From Spirochaetota bacterium (GTDB lineage Bacteria; Spirochaetota; UBA4802; UBA5550), in the NCBI GenBank assembly GCA_963663865.1, contig OY760686.1, forward strand, positions 480,001 to 544,000: DNA of 64,000 nucleotides. Direction: 5' to 3'. The position numbers were made by a program, and so were the translations under genes. Each line of letters starts with the position of its first letter. Position 1 is the first letter of the stretch. Shown here piece after piece: positions 1 to 10,223 of this stretch. The notes under the pieces are model-generated. The model had not been told where the DNA came from and made no database searches. It saw only the letters and a list, made by a program, of their open reading frames with translations.

Positions 1-238
1 AGAAACCCGCGATAATATCGACGATGTCTTTTCTCAGAAGTATGAGTACTGCAAGCAATGTCGCTACATGGAGAGCGACATTGACGAACAGGTTGATATC
101 TTCCCCCAGATTTTCTATAAAAGCGGAAAACTGGGGTATGCTTTGAAATATGACGAGGTGTCCCGATGATGAAATCGGAAGAAACTCGGCAATACCCTGT
201 ACAACTGCAAGAGTAAGAAGAACGGTCAACAGGTTCAT
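1..238 (-). CDS. uppP: Undecaprenyl-diphosphatase (BacA/UppP), N-terminal part; runs off the window edge
   Basis: Not in the ORF track. Manual translation from the ATG at 238, just after the rnj stop, gives MNLLTVLLTLAVVQGIAEFLPISSSGHLVIFQ, containing the BacA signature QGxxEFLPISSSGH. Confidence 0.92.
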   Translation of the reverse strand, partial: MNLLTVLLTLAVVQGIAEFLPISSSGHLVIFQSIPQFSAFIENLGEDINLFVNVALHVATLLAVLILLRKDIVDIIAGF

Positions 239-241
239 CGA

Positions 242-1936
242 TTATACCTCAATAATCTTAACAATAACAATAGAGTTGCGGCGGGTAAGCTTGTAGATAT
301 GGCTCTTGAGACTTGTTTTGATCGAGCCTTCAATTTCCGCCGGATTCGAAGTCTTGTGCAGCATCTTTGTAAGTTTCTTTTCAGTATCCTTCCGTATGGT
401 TTCAATGATGTGGCGGCTGGAATCTCCAACAACACCGCGGGTTACAATCTCCGGTTCACGCAGCAGCATGCCCTGTGAGATGACCGCAGTTAGCATTACT
501 ATTCCCTCGCTGGACATCGCGTTTCTGTCGGTTATGACACTGCTTGTTGTATCTCCAGTCTCTGAACCGTCGACGTATATCTGCGCGAGATTGAGTGTGT
601 TAATCCGTTTGAATGAATTATTCGAAAGCTCAAGAACATCTCCGCATTTTGCTATGCGCGCATGAGACGGCTTTATTCCCAGAGTCTCAGCTATTTCGAC
701 GTGAGCTTTCATGTGCCGGTATTCTCCATGGATGGGCAGAAAGAACCTGGGTTTGGTGATTGAGAGCATAAGCTTAAGCTCTTTCGAAGATCCATGCCCG
801 GAAACGTGAATGGCTTCGTCCTGATCGTAATACACCGAGGCGCCGAGCGACATAAGGGAATTGATTACATTGGTTACAAACCTTTCGTTTCCTGGAATTA
901 CCGACGCCGTTATGACGACAGTATCTCCCTTCTCAGCTTTGAAATGTCTGTGAGTTCCGTTTGCCATTCTTGAAAGCGCGGACATGGGTTCCCCCTGGGT
1001 TCCGGTTCCTATGACAACGAGTTTTTTATGGGGGAGCGAGTTTGCCTGTTCAACGTTAACTATAAGGTCGTCTTTTACTGTCAAAAAGCCGAGGGTTCGT
1101 GAAATATCAATGTTCTTCTGCATGCTCATGCCAGAGATGGCCACCTTCCTGTTGAAGCGCTGAGCAACATCCATAACCTGCTGAATTCTGTGAATGTTGG
1201 AAGCGAATGTGGCGACAATTATTCGGCCTTTAGCTTCCGCGAATACGTCTATGAGCTTGTCCACGAGTATGGACTCTGACTTCGTGAAGCCCGATTTTGT
1301 CGCGTTCGTGCTGTCAGACATGAGTAAAAGCACGCCTTTTTCCCCGTAGTCCGCGAAGCGGTATATGTCTGTTACCGCTCCGTCAACCGGCGAGAAGTCA
1401 ATCTTGAAGTCTCCGGTGTGAATTATCGTTCCTATGTCGGTGTTTATGGCTAGGCCGACGCCGCCGATTATCGAGTGATTCACATGGATAAACTCAATGC
1501 TGAAAGGGCCGATCTTGCGGGTTTCACGCGGCTTGATTTCAATTAGATGAGGCTTGTTTTTCGGCGGCCGCTCCTCAAGCCGGCTTTGTATGAGGCCGAG
1601 AGTGAGTTTTGTGCCATAGACAGGCGCATTTACGATGTTAAGCAGAAATGGCACCGCGCCAATGTGGTCTTCATGGCCGTGTGTTATTACGATACCCATT
1701 ACCTTCTTCTTATTCTGCGTGATATAGGTAAAGTCGGGTATAATAAAGTCTATGCCAGGTGTCTCCTCTGTGGGGAAGCTGATGCCACAGTCGACTATGA
1801 GTATTTCATCTTTGTACTCGAAAAGGGTAATGTTTTTCCCTATGTATCCGAGTCCGCCGAGCGGTATTATCTTTACCGAGGGCGATGAGCCCGCTTTTCC
1901 AGGGCGCCTATTTTTTTGTACTGTTTGCTGTTTCAT
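242..1936 (-). CDS. rnj: Ribonuclease J (metallo-beta-lactamase/beta-CASP)
   Basis: [58 protein letters not shown] and PIHGE motifs. Confidence 0.96.
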   Translation of the reverse strand: MKQQTVQKNRRPGKAGSSPSVKIIPLGGLGYIGKNITLFEYKDEILIVDCGISFPTEETPGIDFIIPDFTYITQNKKKVMGIVITHGHEDHIGAVPFLLNIVNAPVYGTKLTLGLIQSRLEERPPKNKPHLIEIKPRETRKIGPFSIEFIHVNHSIIGGVGLAINTDIGTIIHTGDFKIDFSPVDGAVTDIYRFADYGEKGVLLLMSDSTNATKSGFTKSESILVDKLIDVFAEAKGRIIVATFASNIHRIQQVMDVAQRFNRKVAISGMSMQKNIDISRTLGFLTVKDDLIVNVEQANSLPHKKLVVIGTGTQGEPMSALSRMANGTHRHFKAEKGDTVVITASVIPGNERFVTNVINSLMSLGASVYYDQDEAIHVSGHGSSKELKLMLSITKPRFFLPIHGEYRHMKAHVEIAETLGIKPSHARIAKCGDVLELSNNSFKRINTLNLAQIYVDGSETGDTTSSVITDRNAMSSEGIVMLTAVISQGMLLREPEIVTRGVVGDSSRHIIETIRKDTEKKLTKMLHKTSNPAEIEGSIKTSLKSHIYKLTRRNSIVIVKIIEV

Positions 1937-2367
1937 ATTCCGGTATGTCCGAAACCTCCTTCGTTTCTTTTTGTTGCATTCAATTCTTCGGCCGGAACAA
2001 AATCTCCACGGAACACTCTTGCGAGGACAAGCTGTGCTATCCTCATTCCAGGTTCGATGGAGAAGGGGCTTTGCCCTGCGTTTAGAAGAATGACTTTAAT
2101 TTCACCCCGGTAGTCTGAATCAATGGTTCCCGGCGAGTTAGGAAGGATAATGCCGTGCTCAATCGCCAGACCGCTTCTCGGCCTGATCTGAGCTTCATAG
2201 CCTTCCGGAATCTCAAGGAAAAATCCAGTTGGAACAAGTGTCCTTTCACCTGGGTTTAATATTACTGCTTTATTCAGAAACGCCCTGACATCGGCACCTG
2301 CCGAACCCGGCGTTCTGTATTCGGGGACGCTTGCCCCGGGTTTTGTTCTGATTTTAATGTTAATCAT
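1933..2367 (-). CDS. dut: dUTP diphosphatase
   Basis: [32 protein letters not shown] and [10 protein letters not shown] motifs; 4-nt overlap with rnj. Confidence 0.97.
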   Translation of the reverse strand: MINIKIRTKPGASVPEYRTPGSAGADVRAFLNKAVILNPGERTLVPTGFFLEIPEGYEAQIRPRSGLAIEHGIILPNSPGTIDSDYRGEIKVILLNAGQSPFSIEPGMRIAQLVLARVFRGDFVPAEELNATKRNEGGFGHTGI

Positions 2368-2379
2368 GAGGAACCTGAG

Positions 2380-3261
2380 TTAAATATACTTCTTTATCTC
2401 TCTTATGAGGCAGGCCTCTTCTGATTCGCACTTGCCGCATTGCGGGTCGTTTTCATCAAAGTCTTCCGGCACGCATAATTTGCTGCTGGAATCAGTTTCG
2501 TGCATAATTCTCATGTATTGAATCAGCTGGTAATCGTCGTCTGAAAGTGAATCAAAGCCCTTTGTTTTAAGCTTTTTGAGTATGTCGGTAAGCCTGGATT
2601 TGTCCGAGGAAACCTGTTTCAGTGAAACAGAAGCGGGCTTTAACGCCTCAACTCTTTTCTTTACAGCCGCTTTTTTTGCACGGAGATTGCGGGCTATGGT
2701 CAGAAAATAGATTATTCCGAAAAGGAGACCGCCGACGTGGCCGACGTGAGAGATTCCGCTGCCACCTCCGCTTGAGAAGAGCGAGTAAAGCTCGAAAGCT
2801 CCGTAAAGGATTACGAGATACTTTGCTTTTATCGGCAATACAAAGAAAAGCAGTATCACTGATTCAGGGAACAGAACTCCAAACGCGAGAAGTATTCCAA
2901 AAACAGCGCCGGACGCGCCTATCGTGGGAACCGCGGAAAGAGCCCCTCCGAAAAAGAAATAGTTAATAATAAATATGCAAATTCCAGCGCCTATGCCTGT
3001 GAAGAAGTAGTACTGCAGAAAACGCCTGCTTCCCCACGTCCTTTCTATCTCAATGCCGAATATCAGGAGCGCGTACATGTTAACAAAAAGATGGAAAAAA
3101 TTACCGTGGAAGAACATGTACGTGACGATTTGCCAGATGAAGCCCTTCTCTGCAACAAGCTGAGGTATCAGCCCGAAGTAATAGATGTTAATAAAAGGGC
3201 CGGCCAGGAAGACCACCGCGTTTATTATGATAAGCTTTATTACAACATTTTTCATTAACAA
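2380..3261 (-). CDS. Rhomboid intramembrane serine protease with a cytoplasmic Cys-rich C-terminal tail
   Basis: WQIVTYMFFHG, HLFVNM, GASGAVFG (catalytic Ser) and SHVGHVGG (catalytic His). Confidence 0.92.
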   Translation of the reverse strand: MLMKNVVIKLIIINAVVFLAGPFINIYYFGLIPQLVAEKGFIWQIVTYMFFHGNFFHLFVNMYALLIFGIEIERTWGSRRFLQYYFFTGIGAGICIFIINYFFFGGALSAVPTIGASGAVFGILLAFGVLFPESVILLFFVLPIKAKYLVILYGAFELYSLFSSGGGSGISHVGHVGGLLFGIIYFLTIARNLRAKKAAVKKRVEALKPASVSLKQVSSDKSRLTDILKKLKTKGFDSLSDDDYQLIQYMRIMHETDSSSKLCVPEDFDENDPQCGKCESEEACLIREIKKYI

Positions 3262-3338
3262 AAACCCGATATTGTATTGCGAAAATCCGTTTTTACGGAA
3301 AACACACTCTTTAAGGCATTAAGCTTTTAAGGAAGTTA

Positions 3339-4262
3339 TCAGTCAAAGACTTTTTCTGAACGCTCCTGTTGAAACCTCTCTATGATATCGGCAAATTTTG
3401 AGTGAGACAGGAGGCATTGTCTGTAAAGGCCCGCCTCAGTTTTGGGAGGATGGAGCTCAGCAATGCACTTCTCAGCCGCATATTTAAGGGTGTTAATCGA
3501 AATGTCTGATATTACGCCAAGGTTGCTTGCAGGTAGCCCAGAGGCTTCACAGAGCGAAGAATGGTACTGGGTCGGATTGAGGGCGATAAGACCGCAGCCT
3601 GCCGCAAGTCCTTCGTAAAGCATTATGCCGAAATGTGAGATTACTGCTTTTGAGGACAGGAGTATGCTGCCATGGGACAGCCCGTCAAGGCGGGAAAGGC
3701 AGCCATCCCTGTAAAGCAGGGGATGCTGTCCCCCGAGAAGGACTGCAGACATGGCTTTGCCGCAGATCTGGCGGGCAATCTCCTCACGTTCGGACTGCTC
3801 CAGAGCGAGGTATATACAGAAGTCAAAATCTCTATAAACAGGTGACTCATCTTCTGGGGCTAACCCTGTAAGGAAGTTGTGCCCGTACAGGAAAGCATCG
3901 GGTCTATAATCAGGCGCCGGGTTAACCCGGCTGATAACCGGAAGAAGGTCAACAGCCAAATCTGCCAGAGAGCGGCCTGAACCGGCGTCGTCGATAGCGA
4001 TAACGGGAGCGCTGCGCCGGAGTTCAGCCATCTCGCCGAGGCTGGAATCGCGCATGTCTCTTATTATGAATGCCGTTTCAGGCGGGATGAGCCTGTTCTG
4101 AAACGATGTTATTCCCTGATCTTCTTTACTTTCCAGCTTTATAAGCGAAGCGCTTATTGCGGTGTATCTGTTCAGGTAATCCGCCAGGCTGAGCATTCTC
4201 TGGAGATGTCCTCTTCCGAGCTCTGCGCTTTCAGAGGTAATTATTGCGGCACGCTGTTTCAT
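3339..4262 (-). CDS. SpsG/PseG-like GT-B-fold nucleotide-sugar hydrolase or glycosyltransferase
   Basis: N-terminal ELGRGHLQRMLSLA resembles the PseG GxGHxxR motif; IAIDD; ISHFGIMLYE; overlaps spsF by 4 nt. Confidence 0.65.
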   Translation of the reverse strand: MKQRAAIITSESAELGRGHLQRMLSLADYLNRYTAISASLIKLESKEDQGITSFQNRLIPPETAFIIRDMRDSSLGEMAELRRSAPVIAIDDAGSGRSLADLAVDLLPVISRVNPAPDYRPDAFLYGHNFLTGLAPEDESPVYRDFDFCIYLALEQSEREEIARQICGKAMSAVLLGGQHPLLYRDGCLSRLDGLSHGSILLSSKAVISHFGIMLYEGLAAGCGLIALNPTQYHSSLCEASGLPASNLGVISDISINTLKYAAEKCIAELHPPKTEAGLYRQCLLSHSKFADIIERFQQERSEKVFD

Positions 4263-5002
4263 CCGGCAGAATGCGTCATCGGCCTTTGCTCGACAGAGCT
4301 GTTTATTGAAACAAGGCCGGGATTGTCTTTCAGATAGCTGAGTATATCCTTTAATGAATACGGTTTGCCCCTGTAGAGGGCTTCAGAAAGCGCAGCAGCG
4401 AGTTCAAAGTCTTCAGCAGTGTCAACGGTCAGGCGGAGATTTGAAGCCTCCTTGTCCAGGCCTGACTCTTTGCGCAGGACACTGAACCTTTCGGGATGCT
4501 CCTTGATATATGGCGATACATGCTCTCTCTGATGGGGTTCTGCCGCCTCTATGTACGCGGCTTCGAGCGAGCGCATTGAGATGATTTCAACACCTGTTCC
4601 GAGCGGGAGGCCCGTAAGGCCGAAGTTGTCTGCATCAGCCTCTATTGCCTCGCGTAATGAAATGGATGCGTAGTCCGCATCTGTGAAAGGATTGTCTCCG
4701 GTAACCCTGACTACACAGCCGCAGCTGTGGGGAAGAGCTGCAAGGTAGTATCTTGCGAGGACGTCGTCAGGAGAGCCTCTGAAGAAATCGATTCGGCATT
4801 TCTTTGCTGTCTCTTCAAGCACGTCGTTCTCAGCTGTATCGGGAATTGCGAGGATGACCGCGGAAAGCCCGTCAATAGCCGCAGCTCTTTCTATGACGTG
4901 TTCAATTAATGGTTTACCGGCAAGATTGAGCAGGGATTTGCCAGGCAGTCTGGTTGATTCCATTCTTGCCTGAATTACCGCTACTGCTTTTGAATTGTTC
5001 AT
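4259..5002 (-). CDS. SpsF-family cytidylyltransferase
   Basis: IQARMESTRLPGK, GSPDDVLARY, RVTGDNPF, REHVSPYI and RLTVDTAEDF. Confidence 0.92.
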   Translation of the reverse strand: MNNSKAVAVIQARMESTRLPGKSLLNLAGKPLIEHVIERAAAIDGLSAVILAIPDTAENDVLEETAKKCRIDFFRGSPDDVLARYYLAALPHSCGCVVRVTGDNPFTDADYASISLREAIEADADNFGLTGLPLGTGVEIISMRSLEAAYIEAAEPHQREHVSPYIKEHPERFSVLRKESGLDKEASNLRLTVDTAEDFELAAALSEALYRGKPYSLKDILSYLKDNPGLVSINSSVEQRPMTHSAG

Positions 5003-5013
5003 AGTCAGGCCTG

Positions 5014-6486
5014 TCAGAAATTAAATGTGTACCACTCGTCGCAGCTCCTGCAGTCAGGCGCAACCGGGTATTCCTGGCGGCTGTTTGTCCCGAAATCGGA
5101 GATGGATTTCATATAGATTTCTTTTATAGAATCCTTATTGAGGTCGCCGCGGGAATTGAGGCAATTTATATCCTGCTTGCAGAATGGAACCCGGCCGTCA
5201 GCGAGAACGAAGAGGTCGCGGGCGAGATGCCAGCAGGGTGTCCGTTCAAGAGGCGTCAGGTCGGAATAGCGCCTGTCTTCTATGAGTCCGAAATACGTAT
5301 TCTGTTTTTGAAGTATTATCGAATATCCCTTCTCCTCCCAGTAGTCGTAATAGGAGTCGAGGGTCTCTTCGGTTTCGTTGATCTTCATTACCTGTAGAAA
5401 GAGGCTGCCCTTTCTGTCTTTGAGGGGGGATATGAGCTCAAGATTGGACATGACCCGTTCAAAAAAGTCGGCTCCATGCATCTGTTGATATCCCGCCGAA
5501 GAAAAGGCGTTGATGTTTACGATAGCGACTATTTTGCCGGAATCGTCATCGTTTAATAGCTTTGCGGTTCTTTCGGTTATATCCGCTGCTGATGTTTCAA
5601 TTATAACGCGCTCAACGAGCGGATCGGCGCACGATATTTTTATAAATGATTCGAAATCAGCATGCAGAAGGGGTTCGCCTGAGCCTCCGAAACAGACCGT
5701 GTATGGAAGGCCGAATTCGCGCATGTCATTGATGACGCGTTTGAACAGCTGAGGGGCCATGTCGCCTCTCGGCTGTTCAAGTGATTTTCTGTAGCAGAAG
5801 AGGCAGTCAAGCGAACACCTTCCGGTGATCTCAATCTCGAGGTATGAAGGGCCTTGGCAGAGGACTGACGGGTTTGCGTCGATAAGTCCCTTAAGCTCTG
5901 AATAGCGCGGAATTGTCCCGGCGATTGAATGGATGGCGGACATCTGGGCAGCGCATCTTTTATGTGAGAGCCTGAACGACATTCGGCGGTCGCGTATATC
6001 GGGTCCTCTGTAATACAGCTCAACATCGAATTGATTGATATTGGACCGTATCACCTTCGAGAGAGGCAGAGTTTCCACGTCGGTGTCGGGTATGAGGTCA
6101 AAAAGCTTTGATGAGTAAATCTCGGCACCAAGGCCCTCGGGCAGGTTTTCCGAATAGGTGAACTCGGCAAGATTGTCCCGGTGAACCGAGAGCATGTCTC
6201 TGACCACCTCAGCGTCGATAAACGGAGAGTCTGCGTATATCCTTACGATGTCATCGTATTGTGTCTTTTTGAAGAGCTGTTTCCAGAATGCGGCGTGATC
6301 GTATGACGGGCGTTTGTCGGCGTTTTCGGAATTCAGCCTGCCGTTGTAGGATTCCGGAATGGAAATGATGATGTCGCCGATTCCGGAAAGCCGCTCAGCT
6401 AACATGGCCGGTGTAAAGGATTCGGCGAAGATAAGGTCATTATCTGTCAGCCCGTCTTCAACATATAGGAGAATGGCAGTTTTCAA
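5014..6486 (-). CDS. Spiro-SPASM protein (cytidylyltransferase-like N-domain, radical SAM domain, SPASM domain)
   Basis: N-domain ADSPFID/ENLPEGLGAEI; CSLDCLFC (CxxxCxxC); GGSGEPLLH; SPASM cysteines RTPCWHL...FCKQD...CRSCDEWYTFNF. Matches the TIGR04321 architecture as recalled. Confidence 0.9.
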   Translation of the reverse strand: MKTAILLYVEDGLTDNDLIFAESFTPAMLAERLSGIGDIIISIPESYNGRLNSENADKRPSYDHAAFWKQLFKKTQYDDIVRIYADSPFIDAEVVRDMLSVHRDNLAEFTYSENLPEGLGAEIYSSKLFDLIPDTDVETLPLSKVIRSNINQFDVELYYRGPDIRDRRMSFRLSHKRCAAQMSAIHSIAGTIPRYSELKGLIDANPSVLCQGPSYLEIEITGRCSLDCLFCYRKSLEQPRGDMAPQLFKRVINDMREFGLPYTVCFGGSGEPLLHADFESFIKISCADPLVERVIIETSAADITERTAKLLNDDDSGKIVAIVNINAFSSAGYQQMHGADFFERVMSNLELISPLKDRKGSLFLQVMKINETEETLDSYYDYWEEKGYSIILQKQNTYFGLIEDRRYSDLTPLERTPCWHLARDLFVLADGRVPFCKQDINCLNSRGDLNKDSIKEIYMKSISDFGTNSRQEYPVAPDCRSCDEWYTFNF

Positions 6487-6553
6487 TCTCGCCTCCTGAT
6501 AAAGTTCGGCTCTATGCGGCTTTGAGAGAATAACTCTGTTTTAATAAGCCTAT

Positions 6554-7624
6554 TCAGTTGTATATTATTATTTCGGATTCTTTTTTACGCTGTTCAATCC
6601 ATTTACTGAACTGTGCTGTCATGTTTTCGTAATAAAGCCTGTTCATTATCATGTTTTTTACGCGGTCATACGTTATCTGCTTTCTTCCGAGATACTTAAT
6701 AACGTGGTATCCGAAGGAAGACTTGATAACAGGCGATATTTCGCCGTATTTTTTCATCTGGAAAACGGCTGACGCGAAAAGGGGATCAAGCTCAGCCAGC
6801 ATGACCCAGCCCAGATCGCCGCCGTTCCCACGCGAGCCCGGATCTTCTGAGTGCTTTGCCGCAAGGGCCTCGAATGATTCACCTGCAAGCGCCCTTTTTC
6901 TGAGGTTTTCAAGCTCGACGCTTGCGTCTCTCTGAGCCTTGAAAGAGTTGCCGGAAGGCCTTATCAGAATATGCTTAACATGTACCTCATAGCCCAACTT
7001 GCTCCTGTTGGCGTTGTACCATGCCATTGCTTCCTTCTCAGAAGGTGGAGAGGCGCCTATAGCGATTGACATGAGCTGTTCGCGCTTCATGCCGTTTCGG
7101 AGCTCTTCGATGTAGCTGTCAAAGTCCATCTTTTCATTTTTCTGGACATGAAGAGCGAAGGATTTAAGGTTTTCGTTGGATATTCTGTTAACATCAACAT
7201 AGCCGTATTTTTCTTTGAGAGAAAATATCGCTGATACTGCCTTTTTGGTTTCAGATTCTCTCTCAGCTGCTGAGTTAATTGTACGGGCAAGGAATTGCTC
7301 AACAGTTGATTTCAGGTGTTCAGAGAGTTTCTTGTCGCTTATGATTATTGACATCTCCTCGGAGCGTTCCGCTACAAGCGCGTCTTCTATGTGTTTTTCG
7401 ATGAGTTTATCTCTTTCCGTTTTTTCCTGGGCAGGAGAAAGCCTGCGGCTTTCCTTTATGTAATTCAGCCGCGATTCGATTTCACTCTGTATGATCGGGC
7501 GGTTGTTGACTACCGCAATTACCCTGTCATAAGGCTCCCATGACTGCGCTTCAGCTGGTGATAGTATCGTCGCAAAGAGCAGTATCGTAAGCGTCTTGTT
7601 TAATATCATATTCATCTCTTTCAC
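6554..7624 (-). CDS. SurA-like PpiC-type peptidyl-prolyl isomerase/chaperone, exported
   Basis: Signal peptide; DRVIAVVN SurA-like N-terminus; HVKHILI...FEALAAKHSEDPGSRGNGGDLGW...SSFGYHVIK rotamase domain. Confidence 0.88.
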   Translation of the reverse strand: MKEMNMILNKTLTILLFATILSPAEAQSWEPYDRVIAVVNNRPIIQSEIESRLNYIKESRRLSPAQEKTERDKLIEKHIEDALVAERSEEMSIIISDKKLSEHLKSTVEQFLARTINSAAERESETKKAVSAIFSLKEKYGYVDVNRISNENLKSFALHVQKNEKMDFDSYIEELRNGMKREQLMSIAIGASPPSEKEAMAWYNANRSKLGYEVHVKHILIRPSGNSFKAQRDASVELENLRKRALAGESFEALAAKHSEDPGSRGNGGDLGWVMLAELDPLFASAVFQMKKYGEISPVIKSSFGYHVIKYLGRKQITYDRVKNMIMNRLYYENMTAQFSKWIEQRKKESEIIIYN

Positions 7625-8419
7625 CTATATGACCAGTTTAGTGAGCCTGGCGGTGTTTATTCCGAAAAATTTTTCTTTTAAAAGCTGCATTGATTCTGTC
7701 AGATCGGAGGCGTAAAGCTCTACCGTCCCGGGTTCGTCTGAATTTCTGAAGATTTGTCTCTCCTGCAGGATGCTGCTTACTTCATGGGCAATCTCTTCTC
7801 CTGTATCGACAAGGTCAATATCCGGATATACCGTTTTTATGGATTTTTTCAGGAGCGGGAAATGTGTACATCCCAGAATAAGCGTCCTGACACCGGAGAC
7901 GTACATGCCTTCCAGGTATTCACGGGCCGCAAGCCTGGCGATTTCTGTTTGGGTAAGGCCTTCCTCAGCAAGGGAGACAAACAGAGTTGCCTGCTGCTGA
8001 ATCACCGCTGAATCAGGCCTTATGCGGCGTATAGCTTTGACATATGAACCGCTGTTGACGGTTGCTCTCGTCCCAATGACGCCTATGGGCCCGTTCTGCG
8101 ATCTCGCGCATGCGGCGCGCGCGCCCGCTTCGATTACTCCGATGACAGGCACCGAGCACTCTGTTCTGAGCGTTTCAAGCGCGGCAGCAGATGCTGTGTT
8201 GCAGGCGATTACTATCATCTTGACATTTCTCGATGTCAGGTATTCTGTTATTTCGCGTGAATATCTGATAATGGTATCCTGCGATCTTGTCCCGTATGGG
8301 AACCTGGCTGTATCGCCGAAATAGACTATGTTTTCCGAAGGAAGGAGGTCGCGTACAGCTCTGCACACAGTAAGCCCTCCAATCCCGGAGTCGAATATTC
8401 CAATTGGTCTCTCTGACAT
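7625..8419 (-). CDS. murI: Glutamate racemase
   Basis: IGIFDSGIGGLTV, DTARFPYG, IACNTAS and LGCTHFPLL. Confidence 0.97.
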   Translation of the reverse strand: MSERPIGIFDSGIGGLTVCRAVRDLLPSENIVYFGDTARFPYGTRSQDTIIRYSREITEYLTSRNVKMIVIACNTASAAALETLRTECSVPVIGVIEAGARAACARSQNGPIGVIGTRATVNSGSYVKAIRRIRPDSAVIQQQATLFVSLAEEGLTQTEIARLAAREYLEGMYVSGVRTLILGCTHFPLLKKSIKTVYPDIDLVDTGEEIAHEVSSILQERQIFRNSDEPGTVELYASDLTESMQLLKEKFFGINTARLTKLVI

Positions 8420-8431
8420 TTATTTCCCGGA

Positions 8432-10018
8432 TTATTTTTCTGATTCATGTTTTTTAAAGAGCATGTACTCAATGCTGTCAACAAGCGCTAACCATGAGGC
8501 TTCTATTATGTTGGATGATACGCCCACTGTTCCCCAGTTGAAGGAGTCTGTTTTCTGGTCCATAAGAACCCTGACCCGCGATGCCGTGCCTTCTTTGCCG
8601 TTGAGAACGCGCACCTTGTAGTCGGTGAGCTGTATCTCCGATATCTCGGGGAAGAATTTGCTTAGCGCCTTTCTGAGCGCACGGTCGAGCGCGTCTATGG
8701 GGCCGTTGCCCATGGCCGCGGTATGTTCAATCCGTCCGTCGACTTCGACCTTGATTGTAGCCTCGCACTCCATCTCGCCGATTTCAGACATCTCTGTTAT
8801 GACTCTGAACCCTTTCAGGGTAAAAAATGGAGTGTACTCGCCTGACTCTGCTCTGAAGATCAGCTCATAGGAGCCGTCCGCGGCTTCGAATTGATAGCCC
8901 TCTTCTTCGAGCTTCTTAATGCGAGCGAGTATGGATTTAGCTTTTTCCTGGTTCTTTGACAGGTCAATTCCGAGCTCTCTGGCTTTAAACTCTATATTGC
9001 CTCTTCCGGAAAGTTCGGATATAAGAACCTGTCTCTGGTTACCAACAAGAGACGGGTCAATGTGCTCGTATGTTCTCGTGTCTTTTTGGAGCGCTGAGAC
9101 GTGAATTCCGCCTTTATGAGCAAAGGCATTTTCTCCAACATAGGGGAGTCTTGCATTGTGAATAATGTTCGCTGTTTCGCTCACAAACCTGCTTGTTTCT
9201 GTTAGAATATCGAGTTTAGCGGAAGCAGCGCAGGTATAGTCCATCTTCAGCGTGATATTGGGAATCAGCGTCATCAGATCGCAGTTGCCGCATCTTTCCC
9301 CGAGGCCGTTTATAGTCCCCTGTACCGAAACCGCACCCGCAAGTACAGAGGATATTGAGTTGGCTACGGCAACCCCTGTGTCATTGTGAAAGTGGACTCC
9401 AAGGGGTGTTTTAATCGAGTTAGCGGTATCTGAGGTAATCTGAGATACCTCATGAGGCAGCGTGCCCCCGTTTGTGTCGCAAAGAACGATCATGTCGGCG
9501 CCTGCGGCGCAGGCGGCTTCGATTGACGCAAGCGAATACTCGGGGTTGGATTTGAACCCGTCGAAGTAGTGTTCCGCGTCGAGGAATACGGAGAATCCCC
9601 TGTCCTTCAGGTACTCGACTGTTTCTTTGATAAGGGTGAGGTTTTCATTAAGGCTGATGCCGAGCGCCTTTTCAACCTGGAAGTCCCATCCCTTGGCCAC
9701 CACAGTAATGACGTCTGCGCGGGAGTTCACAAGGGCCTGCAGGAAGTGGTCTTCGTGCACAGTCATGTTTCGGCGCTTTGTTGATCCGAAAGCTGCTATC
9801 TTCGAGTGTTCGATTTTTTCCCGGCGGATAAGCTCGAAAAACTCTTCATCTTTCGGATTTGAACCGGGCCATCCGCCCTCAATGTAGTCAATACGCATTC
9901 TGTCGAGGGCCACGGCTACTCTGAGCTTGTCCTGCAGGGAAAAGCTGATGCCTCGCGTCTGAGCGCCGTCGCGAAGGGTGGTATCATATATTGATATCTG
10001 TTTTTTAGTCATAGTCAT
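8432..10018 (-). CDS. cimA: Citramalate synthase (LeuA-related)
   Basis: DTTLRDGAQ, YIEGGWPGSNPKD, DAEHYFDG, HFHNDTG, GERCGN, FAHKGGIH and a C-terminal regulatory domain. Confidence 0.88.
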   Translation of the reverse strand: MTMTKKQISIYDTTLRDGAQTRGISFSLQDKLRVAVALDRMRIDYIEGGWPGSNPKDEEFFELIRREKIEHSKIAAFGSTKRRNMTVHEDHFLQALVNSRADVITVVAKGWDFQVEKALGISLNENLTLIKETVEYLKDRGFSVFLDAEHYFDGFKSNPEYSLASIEAACAAGADMIVLCDTNGGTLPHEVSQITSDTANSIKTPLGVHFHNDTGVAVANSISSVLAGAVSVQGTINGLGERCGNCDLMTLIPNITLKMDYTCAASAKLDILTETSRFVSETANIIHNARLPYVGENAFAHKGGIHVSALQKDTRTYEHIDPSLVGNQRQVLISELSGRGNIEFKARELGIDLSKNQEKAKSILARIKKLEEEGYQFEAADGSYELIFRAESGEYTPFFTLKGFRVITEMSEIGEMECEATIKVEVDGRIEHTAAMGNGPIDALDRALRKALSKFFPEISEIQLTDYKVRVLNGKEGTASRVRVLMDQKTDSFNWGTVGVSSNIIEASWLALVDSIEYMLFKKHESEK

Positions 10019-10223
10019 TACAGTATCGGCATCGTGTTCTTGCGTGACTGTTATTTCAAGTATTTTTTAAAGAGCCGTAATTATAATATTCTTGACTCTT
10101 TGGTCTTGAAAAGGTTTCATTTAATGTTCAGCATCAGTAATAAATTATAAAACAGGATAAGCGTACTGCACCGGGCTGTTGCTGGCATTATCAGCGCCAA
10201 CTATTTACGGGGATGAGGCGGTT

